Positions 1-8,262 of a DNA stretch of 64,000 nucleotides are shown one piece after another; positions within the stretch are counted from its first letter, which is position 1; each line of letters starts with the position of its first letter. This stretch comes from Alphaproteobacteria bacterium (GTDB taxonomy: Bacteria > Pseudomonadota > Alphaproteobacteria > UBA7887): NCBI GenBank assembly GCA_965216755.1, contig CBDCGL010000011.1, positions 4,448,001-4,512,000 on the forward strand, read 5' to 3'. The notes beneath the pieces are model-generated. The model saw nothing but the letters and a program-made list of their open reading frames with translations. It was not told the DNA's origin and searched no databases. A program made the position numbers and the translations under genes.

Positions 1-547
1 AGGCGAAGGCCATCATCAGGCCGGTTGCAATGCTGATGAGACCGGGCGCGATAAACGCCGCACGCCAGCCGGCTAAATCGATCAAGGCACCGGCCACCAA
101 AGCCGCGCTGGCGATTCCGGCCGCGCCGAAAATACCGTTTAGCGCCAAAAGTTTGCCGGTGACATGCGGGGGCGCATTGCGAATCAACCAGGGCAGTCCG
201 ACCGGATGATAAACGGCGGCAAACAGGCCGATGCCGGCCAAGGCGACCAGCAGGCTGGTGGCGTTGTTGCAAAAGCCGGCGATCACCGACATCGCGCCCA
301 TGCCGATAAACAGCACGATCATCATCGGGATCGCGCCCATGCGGTCAGCCAGCCAGCCGGCCGGCAAGGCGCCGGCGCCTACAATGATCGCGGCCGGTGT
401 CCACAACGCCAACAGTTCGGCGTAGCTCAACGGCCAGGCGCGATCCAACGCCAGTACCACGGTGAAGTAAAAGGCCGTGAACAGATGCGTGTAGGTGTGT
501 CCGACGCTTGAGAACCCAAGCGCCAGTTTGGCCGGGCCTGCGATCAT
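1..547 (-). CDS. MFS transporter (5' part; runs off the window edge)
   Basis: Manual translation from ATG 547: MIAGPAKLALGFSSVGHTYTHLFTAFYF...AGWLADRMG (MFS motif A)...AAVYHPVG. Multiple hydrophobic helices. Confidence 0.85.
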   Translation of the reverse strand, partial: MIAGPAKLALGFSSVGHTYTHLFTAFYFTVVLALDRAWPLSYAELLALWTPAAIIVGAGALPAGWLADRMGAIPMMIVLFIGMGAMSVIAGFCNNATSLLVALAGIGLFAAVYHPVGLPWLIRNAPPHVTGKLLALNGIFGAAGIASAALVAGALIDLAGWRAAFIAPGLISIATGLMMAFA

Positions 548-628
548 ATGCTATTCCCTGGGCGCGAGATGTGGGCGCCAGCCTTGTTATCTTGCCGTTC
601 CGTCGGCTGTGCGGCAAGCACCGACGAG

Positions 629-964
629 TCAATCGGTGGTGCGGCGAAAGCCATAAGCGCGCTCAACCCGCGCCACGCGCAGTTCAAACGCTTGGTACCA
701 GCGCGCGCGGCCCAACTTTTGCGCCACGGCGTGCTCGGCATTGGCGCGCCAGGCGCCGATGGAGTCGAGATCGCGCCAATAGGAAACCGTGATGCCGATC
801 GCGCCGCGGGCGGTCTCGATACCAAGGAACCCGTCTTGACGTTGGGCGAGGGCGACCATGGCCTCGGCCATGTTGGCATAACCGTCTTGGTCGTCGACGT
901 TGGCTTTGCTGGAAAAAATCACCGCGTAATACGGCGGTTCGGGGGTTGTTGCCAAACCGATCAT
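629..964 (-). CDS. Antibiotic biosynthesis monooxygenase (ABM) family protein
   Basis: TPEPPYYAVIFSS...QDGFLGIET..GITVSYWRDLDSIGAW...EHAVAQKLGRARWY..FELRVARVERAY. Alternative start at 976. Confidence 0.85.
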   Translation of the reverse strand: MIGLATTPEPPYYAVIFSSKANVDDQDGYANMAEAMVALAQRQDGFLGIETARGAIGITVSYWRDLDSIGAWRANAEHAVAQKLGRARWYQAFELRVARVERAYGFRRTTD

Positions 965-980
965 GCGTCCTCTCACTCAG

Positions 981-2765
981 TCACAGCGGCCAGACGATAC
1001 TGATCATCGGTACGGCGACCGCGACAATGAGTATTTCCAGGGGCAGACCCATGCGCCAATAGTCGCCGAAATGATAGCCGCCGGGGCCCATGATTAGGGC
1101 GTTGTTCTGGTGGCCAATGGGGGTCAGGAACGCGCATGACGCACCAACCGCCACGGCCATCAGAAATGCGTCGGGATTGCTGCCGAGATTCTCGGCGATG
1201 CGCAGCGAAATCGGCGCCATCACCACGGCTGTGGCGGCATTGTTCAAAATGTCGCTGAGGGTCATTGTAACAATCAGGATCAGGGCCATTAAGACAATCG
1301 CGGGCGCGCCGGCCGACGCCGCCAAAATGGCCTCGGCAATCAATTCGGTGCCACCGGTCGCTTCCAGCGCTTGACCGACCGGTATCAGCCCGCCCAGCAG
1401 CACGATCACCGGCCAATCGACGCCGTCATAAAGCTCGCGGGGATTAATCACGTCGGCGATCACCATGGCCAACACAGCCAAGCCAAGGGCCACGGCCATA
1501 GACAAAAACCCAAATGATGTGGCCACGATGGCGGCCGCGAAAAAAGCGACGGCCAGGATTGTCTTGCGGCCGCGTCGACCATAAGCCAGACCACGTTGGG
1601 CGAGCGGCAGACAACCAAGCCGACTGACCGCGTCGGCCAATTCGTCGCTTTCGCCGTGCAGCAGCATCACATCGCCGACGCGAAATCGAAACGCTTTGAG
1701 GCGGCCGCGATAGGGCCGACCCTGGCGGGCGACGCCGAGCAGATTTACATCGTAGCGGCGCGCGAACCGCATCGATTCCACGGTTCGCCCCTCTAAGCGC
1801 GATTCGCGAGTCACGACCGCTTCGACAAGACCCGTGTCATTTGTCGTCAGCAGGCCTTTGTCCGGTTTTTTCGTGCCAACGATCTCTAGATTGAGCGCCG
1901 ACACGATTTTGTCGATTTCTTCCGGACCGGCTTCGATGATCAGAATGTCGCGGCTACGCAGAGTCTCCTGATGAGGAATGGTGGCGTAACGTTTGCGGCC
2001 TCGGATCAGGCCGATCAATTGGGCCGACTCGCTTTCCATCAGCGCCTCGACTTCCGACGCCGTCTTGCCGACCGCCTTGCCGCCTTTCACCACGCGCGCT
2101 TCCGTGACATAGCCTTCGATGTCGATGACATCACCGGCCGATCCACGCGGCGGCGTGCGCACCGGTATGAGTCGCCAACCGATCAGGGCGACGAACAAAA
2201 CACCGACCAATGCCACGGCAAGCCCGACCGGCGTGAAATCGAACATTTGAAACGGTTCGCCGAGCCGCTCACCGCGAATGCCGGCCACAATGATATTCGG
2301 CGGCGTGCCGATCACGGTAACCAGCCCCCCTAATATGGAGGCAAATGCCAGGGGCATCAGGACGACGCCCGCGGCGCGTTGTGCCTTGGCCGCCGTTTGC
2401 AGCGCAATCGGCATCAGCAATCCCAGTGCGCCGACATTGTTCATGAACCCTGACATGGCCGTTGCCGGCACCGACAACGCACCGATATGCGCACCCGCGC
2501 TGCCGGTGAAGGGGGCGATGCGTTTGGCGATGACATCAGTGGCGCCGGTGTCGGCGAGGGCCCGACTAATCACCAATACCGCGGCCACCGTGATCGTGGC
2601 AGGGTGACCAAATCCCGCGAAAGCGTCCACGGCAGGGACCAGGCCGACAATGACGGCCGCAAACAATGCTGCCAGAGCCACCAGGTCGTAGCGCCATCGG
2701 CCCCATATGAAGAGGCCGAAGGCACAGCCCAAAATGCCAAATATGAATGCTTGATCTAACGTCAT
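981..2765 (-). CDS. SLC13/CitMHS-type di/tricarboxylate or sulfate permease with TrkA-C domains
   Basis: SGFMNNVG, IGTPPNII, two central TrkA-C-like segments, LSDILNNAAT, FLTPIGHQNN..IMGPGGYHFGDYWRMG. Confidence 0.9.
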   Translation of the reverse strand: MTLDQAFIFGILGCAFGLFIWGRWRYDLVALAALFAAVIVGLVPAVDAFAGFGHPATITVAAVLVISRALADTGATDVIAKRIAPFTGSAGAHIGALSVPATAMSGFMNNVGALGLLMPIALQTAAKAQRAAGVVLMPLAFASILGGLVTVIGTPPNIIVAGIRGERLGEPFQMFDFTPVGLAVALVGVLFVALIGWRLIPVRTPPRGSAGDVIDIEGYVTEARVVKGGKAVGKTASEVEALMESESAQLIGLIRGRKRYATIPHQETLRSRDILIIEAGPEEIDKIVSALNLEIVGTKKPDKGLLTTNDTGLVEAVVTRESRLEGRTVESMRFARRYDVNLLGVARQGRPYRGRLKAFRFRVGDVMLLHGESDELADAVSRLGCLPLAQRGLAYGRRGRKTILAVAFFAAAIVATSFGFLSMAVALGLAVLAMVIADVINPRELYDGVDWPVIVLLGGLIPVGQALEATGGTELIAEAILAASAGAPAIVLMALILIVTMTLSDILNNAATAVVMAPISLRIAENLGSNPDAFLMAVAVGASCAFLTPIGHQNNALIMGPGGYHFGDYWRMGLPLEILIVAVAVPMISIVWPL

Positions 2766-3015
2766 GGAGGCCGCGTCATTGTGCCCGCGAGCGTGTGGGC
2801 GGGCAGACTAGAGCAGTATCGGACAATATTGAACCATTGTGCCGGTGATAGCGGAATTGGTACATTCAAGTGGGCCGGGCCCTCAGTGCAGGGGAACGGC
2901 TTGGTTGCGGTCAATCGCTGTTCGGCCATAATTGGTTACGGATTCTCGCGTCGGCGGGGGAGATGCGCGGCAGGCCCGCCGGCCGTTGCCATCTGATGGA
3001 TCTAGGTGAACCGCC

Positions 3016-4967
3016 ATGTCGCCAGAAAAGGTGCAACCAAAACTCGCGGTCATTTTGTGCGCCGAGATCATCGGCTACGACCGGTTGAACAAAGATGACG
3101 CCGATCGGACCGGGGCCACGATCGCGCGTTACCACGACATGGTGGAACGGCGTTTGGCGGCCCGTGGTGGCGCGGTTATACGCAAAGCGGCAGACGAAAT
3201 GGTCATGCGATTTGCCAGCGCCGTCGACGCCCTGCGCACGGCAGTCGCAATCCAGGCCGATTTAACGGAATCCAATGCCGCGCTGCCCAGTCACCGTCGC
3301 CTCCATGTGCGCATGGGGGCCGATCTGGGCGAAGTCAGCGAGGCCGGCGATGGCGGGCTTGCAGGTCCACCTTTGGCGGTCGCCACCCGACTGATGTCGT
3401 TTTCCGCGGACGAAGCGATATGTGTGTCGGAAGCGCTCGTCGCCCAATCGCGTCGCGATCTCTATCTGACTTTCGAGTTCCTTACGGCCCTGTCCATAGC
3501 GGGTATTGATAGACCGGTCAATGTTTACCGGATCACCACGGGTATTGCGCGTCCGGCAACACCAGGCGCGCATGCGTCGCGGCGGATGTCGGCCGTGGGG
3601 TTTGGCGCGATCGCTGCCGTTATGACACTCTTGGCGGCAGCTGGCGTATGGCTGTGGTGGACCCAGCAGGGTGCGGTGAACGTAACCGCACCGGCGCCGG
3701 CGCTCGATCAACAGACAAACGAGCACGCGGACGCGGATGATCCCGTATTCGCTATGCCGAGTGGGCCATCGATCGCCGTATTGCCGTTCGTCAACCACAG
3801 TGGCGATCCCGACCAGGCCTATTTTGCCAGCGGACTGGCTGTGGATATCACCACACGCTTGTCGCGCTATCCGGAACTGCGCGTGATCACAGGCCGCGCC
3901 GGCTCACAGTTTGACACGCCGCTGGCCATAGATCGGAATATGGCGAGCCAAATCGGCGCGCGGTTTTTACTGGAAGGCGGCGTACGCAAGAGCCGAGACG
4001 ATGTGCGGGTCACGGTGACGTTGGTCGACGGTACCAGTGGCGAGACTCTGTGGGGCGAGACCTATGAAAGGGCGCTCACCGCGGCCAACTTGTTCGCCGT
4101 CCAAGACGATATCACCGAGCGTGTGGTCGCCGTGGTTGCCGATGTGCATGGCATGATTCGCAAGGTGCAGCTTGAGGAATCGCTAAAACGCTACGTGGAC
4201 AACCTGGCTGCGTTCGATTGTGTCTTGCGGGCCAACGCCTACTACCATGTGTTGACCGAAGACGAACACGGGCGGGCGCGCGACTGCCTCGAACAAGCTA
4301 TTCAAGATGAGCCGGACTATGTCGAAGCTTGGTCTTTGCTGGCATCCATCTATGTCGACGAACATTCTCTCGGCTTCAATCCCCGCGCGGATTCGCTGAC
4401 GAGGGCGGTCGACGCAGCCCGCAAGGCCGTGTCTTTGGATCCGAACAGTCAGCTTGGTCACTATATGCTTGCTCATGCATATTTTATCCGCCGGGAGATG
4501 AATGCGTTTCGCACGTCATCGGCGCGCATTGAAGCTCAATCCGAACAATACCGATGTCTTGGCAAATGTTGGCATGGAGCTCGCCTATAGTGGCGACTGG
4601 GCCCGGGGTATCGCGTTGGTTGAGAAAGCGCGCACGCTCAATCCATTTTTATCCCAGCTGGTATTATTTTCCCCTGTTGCTGGATGATTATCGCAAGGGC
4701 GACGACCAGGCCGCGCTGGCAGATGCGTTGAAACTCGATACGCCGGAGTTCTATTGGACTCAGATCATGTTGGCGCAGATTTATGGTCAACTCGGCGAGA
4801 CGGGGGCGGCGCGCGAAGCCGTCGACAAATTGGCCGTGCTGTATCCCGGTTTCAGCCTTGACGCCGCGCGCGACGAATATCGCGTTTGGAATATTTCCGA
4901 TGAGCTGATCGGGCGAGCCTTGGACGGCTTGCGCAAAGCGGGCGTGCCGGAAGGCACGTGGAATTGA
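3016..4967 (+). pseudogene. Class III adenylate/guanylate cyclase-like + TM + TolB-like + TPR protein with two frameshifts near the 3' end (or sequencing errors)
   Basis: ORF 3016-4590 has a cyclase-like N-terminus, a TM helix and PSIAVLPFVNHSGDPDQAYFA. The TPR part continues in ORF 4502-4687 (ALKLNPNNTDVLA) and then ORF 4554-4967 (YPSWYYF...GLRKAG). Shifts are at about 4520 and at the T5 run 4646-4650. Confidence 0.8.
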
Positions 4968-4982
4968 CATTCTCGAGGGCAT

Positions 4983-6869
4983 ATGCGCGAAGATTCTCAC
5001 AGACGCCTTGCGGCAATCATGGCCGCCGATGTTGCTGGCTATTCGCGCCTGATGGGGGATGACGAGGCCGCAACGGTTGCTACGCTGACGGACTATCGGG
5101 CGGTTTTCGCGGATCATGTGGTTCGGCATCGCGGCCGGGTGGTCGACAACGCCGGTGATAGCGTCTTGGCTGCGTTCGACAGTGTGGTCGAGGCAGTGCA
5201 GTGCGCGCTTGCCGTACAAGATGATCTTGCCGCGCGCAACAAGAGCTTGCCCGAAGTACGCCAAATGCATTTTCGTATCGGTGTCAACTTGGGCGATGTT
5301 ATTGCCAAACCTGATGGCACTGTTTACGGCGATGGGGTCAATGTTGCGGCGCGGCTCGAGAGTCTGGCACCGCCCGGGGGCGTCATGGTCGCCGACATTG
5401 CGCGACGCGCCGTCGGTGATAAGCTCGCGGTTCATTTCCATGACGCCGGCCGCCACGCGGTGAAGAATATCGCTGAGCCGGTGCATGCATTTCGCGTTAG
5501 CGATCAGGCCTCAGGTCCGGCTCCGGGCGCTGGCGATCGACGCACCAAGATGTTTGTCATCGGATTTGTCCTTGTGCTCGTCGCCTTTGCCGGCGCCGTC
5601 GGGATCAGTAAATGGCGCGAGTCGCATCGCGATGCGGCAACCATCGCAACGGATATGGCGTTGGACCCGACCGTCAGCTCACGGTCCGATCCGTCGATCG
5701 CCGTGCTGCCGTTCGATAATCTTTCGGGAGACCCAGAGCAGGACTATTTTGCCGACGGCATCACGGAAGATCTGATCACGGATCTGTCAAAGTTGCCGGG
5801 ATTGTTTGTGGTCGCGCGCAATTCGGCATTTGCTTACAAGAATCGCGCTACCGACGTACGCCAGATCGCCCGCGAGCTCGGCGTGCGTTATGTGCTCGAA
5901 GGCAGTGTGCGCAAGGCAGACCGTCGGGTCAGGATCAACGCGCAGTTGGCCGATGCCGACAGCGGTGGTCACGTTTGGGCCGAACGGTACGACCGTGAGC
6001 TCAACGACATCTTCGCGCTCCAAGATGAAATCGGCCAAGAGATTGTCGATGCTCTACACATTACTTTGGACGAAGGCGCCATCGCCCGCTTGGCCCACAA
6101 AGAAACAGAGAGTCCGGCGGCCTACGATGCCTATCTGCGGGCGCGGGCCTATCTTTTCAGTTTTTCACAACAAGGCATTAGCGAAGCGCGAAGATTGGCG
6201 GAACAGGCCGTCGAACGCGATCCAAATTACGCGCGCGCCTTTGCACTACTCAGTATCATCCATTTTGTTGCCTGGGAGTTTCAGTGGCTTTCAGAATCTG
6301 ACCTCTTACAAAAGGCCATCGAATTCGGCCAGCGTGCGGTTAACCTTGACGATGGTATGGCCGAGGGCCACACCTGGCTCGGCTGGGCATTGCTGTGGAA
6401 CAAGGAGCATGATCGGGCGCTTGCGGCGCTTGAGCGTGCCGTCTCGTTAGAGCCAAATTTTGTTTATGGGCTAGCCATGTTGGGGGAAGCCCTGAACTTT
6501 AACGGCCAGCCGGAACGGGCCATGGCTTTCCTTCAAAAGGCCATTCGGCTCGATCCGCACTACGATTCTAGCATCGTCCATGACCTTGGTCATGCGTACT
6601 TCCTTTTGGGCCGACATGACGAGGCCGTTGAGGCCTACCAAGACGCACTTGCGCGCGGCCCCAATTTCATGCCGGCCCATAGGGGGCTCGCAGCGACATA
6701 TGCGGAGCTGGGCGACACCGAACGCGCCAAGGCTGCCGTCATTGAGTTGCTCCGCATCAATCCGCGAGCGTCATTGGCCGTATGGATGGAAAGACTGCCA
6801 TACCGAGACGAAGCCACTTTGACGCGCCTTATTGCCGCCCTCGGCGACGCCGGCATCCCAGCACAATAG
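4983..6869 (+). CDS. Membrane class III adenylate/guanylate cyclase with TolB-like and TPR domains
   Basis: RRLAAIMAADVAGYSRLM, NAGDSVLA, FRIGVNLGDV, VYGDGVNVAARLE, VKNIAEPV, then a TM helix, PSIAVLPFDNLSGDPEQDYFADG and TPRs. Confidence 0.93.
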   Translation: MREDSHRRLAAIMAADVAGYSRLMGDDEAATVATLTDYRAVFADHVVRHRGRVVDNAGDSVLAAFDSVVEAVQCALAVQDDLAARNKSLPEVRQMHFRIGVNLGDVIAKPDGTVYGDGVNVAARLESLAPPGGVMVADIARRAVGDKLAVHFHDAGRHAVKNIAEPVHAFRVSDQASGPAPGAGDRRTKMFVIGFVLVLVAFAGAVGISKWRESHRDAATIATDMALDPTVSSRSDPSIAVLPFDNLSGDPEQDYFADGITEDLITDLSKLPGLFVVARNSAFAYKNRATDVRQIARELGVRYVLEGSVRKADRRVRINAQLADADSGGHVWAERYDRELNDIFALQDEIGQEIVDALHITLDEGAIARLAHKETESPAAYDAYLRARAYLFSFSQQGISEARRLAEQAVERDPNYARAFALLSIIHFVAWEFQWLSESDLLQKAIEFGQRAVNLDDGMAEGHTWLGWALLWNKEHDRALAALERAVSLEPNFVYGLAMLGEALNFNGQPERAMAFLQKAIRLDPHYDSSIVHDLGHAYFLLGRHDEAVEAYQDALARGPNFMPAHRGLAATYAELGDTERAKAAVIELLRINPRASLAVWMERLPYRDEATLTRLIAALGDAGIPAQ

Positions 6870-6874
6870 AATCA

Positions 6875-7135
6875 GAGCTTGTTGACAAAAAGCATCCCCT
6901 CATCAGCGAGGTTCAACTTGAAGTATGCGTTTCAGGAGGCGTTCTTGGCGTCGGCCTGACCTGCTGGCGATGCCAGCCGCGAGGCACTTCTTCTGCACGC
7001 AATCCTGCCGATTGCGACTATTGCGCCCCTGAGAACCGCAAACGGATCGAGCGCGTTTTCAACCGTCTCATACCGCCCCGCCGCCTTGCCACGCGCTACG
7101 ACGATTACGCGAAACCCTTCTTTGGCTGCCTATAG
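6875..7135 (+). mobile_element. Degenerate, internally deleted IS5-family remnant
   Basis: gagcttgttgaca (6875-6887) matches 11/13 of the left IR of the IS at 42654. The downstream peptide RKRIERVFNRL..RRLATRYDDYAKPF resembles the IS5 transposase C-terminal motif (RNxIERxFNRLKxxRRxATRYDK). Confidence 0.7.
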
Positions 7136-7189
7136 CTTGCCGTCGAAATGCTGCAGTTATGCGACTTGCAGTAGGTCGTTTGGGAGGAA

Positions 7190-7730
7190 CTGATATGTGC
7201 GTTCGTCCGGTCAAATGCGCGTTCCGCGGCGGCGGCGTTGCAGGGGTCGGACTGGGCAGTATCCGCAAACCAGTGGCGAGTTTCTCGATAGTCAATAGCC
7301 GTATACGCGCATTTTGCTTTGAATAATACACGTTCCATGTTTCGTCTCGCCGACTTACTCACCCACGGATCATTTTCAGCAAAGTGGGCCAGGAACGATG
7401 CCTTGTTTTGCGCAAGACATCCCGCTCGCGCGGCGTAGTACAGAATGTTGATCGAACTGGCAGCTAAAGCCGACACTACTAACTGTCTGCGTTTGGCCGC
7501 GGCCGAACGTCAGTAGTTCGTCGATGTTTGAAATGAGCGACTTGTACATTGGCACCTTGCGCGGCATCCGGCGCAAATGCTCAGCTTCCGCATCATGTGA
7601 AGCGGTTCGGCCACTGAAAAGATCGCTCAAACCGGCCGCAAATCCCTGTCCGGACAGTTGGTCGGCAAAACCGTAAAAGGACTGAGCCAATCGCCGCCAT
7701 GAATGGATGACTAAACCGAACCAACCGGCG
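7190..7730 (-). pseudogene. Decayed dienelactone hydrolase family gene
   Basis: One frame gives GLVIHSWRRL..FADQLSGQGF..SDLFSGRTA..SVGFS. After a frameshift at about 7470, another gives ILYY..KASFLAHFAENDPWV..YRETRHWF..NAAAAERAFDRT. These are DLH motifs in order (compare HFAEND in 32959-33675). Boundaries approximate. Confidence 0.7.
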
Positions 7731-7926
7731 ACCTTACATTGCAGATGATTTTTATCGCAAGTTTGCCGGTGGTGCTCAGGACCGGGTTCGCGAGGAACTA
7801 CAAACCTGCTGGCACCCCTTGTCAACGGGGACAGGAACAATATCCAATTCACTGCGCATCACTCTCGCTGCAGGGTACCGATGGTACATAGCGGCGATGT
7901 GATTAGGTGGATCGTCCGTTTAACGT

Positions 7927-7971
7927 CAAACACAAAACCCCGCGGGCTATTCAGAGCCGCTGCGGGGTTTC
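7927..7971 (-). terminator. Rho-independent terminator-like hairpin
   Basis: aaaccccgc...gcggggttt stem with a T-rich tail (ttttgtgttt) on the minus strand. Confidence 0.6.
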
Positions 7972-8262
7972 AATAGGGCGATCACCCAATTAGCTCGCTT
8001 GTTCAAGCGAACATTACCACTCAAACGTGGTCATAAGAACGTATGACACACTATTCCGTCGGGCGGTTGCATGGTTTTTAAGCACCCTCCTTGCAACAAG
8101 TCGTCAGATCAGAATAAGAAGTGTTTCCTATACGCATCCCCTATTTCATCGCAACTAAGTAATTTTGATCATCACCAAACGATTCGTCAAGTATTTTCAT
8201 GCGCCATCGTAGTACACAGGATGTTATTTGTGGCGTAAAGGTTTGTGCACCAACGAAAAGAC

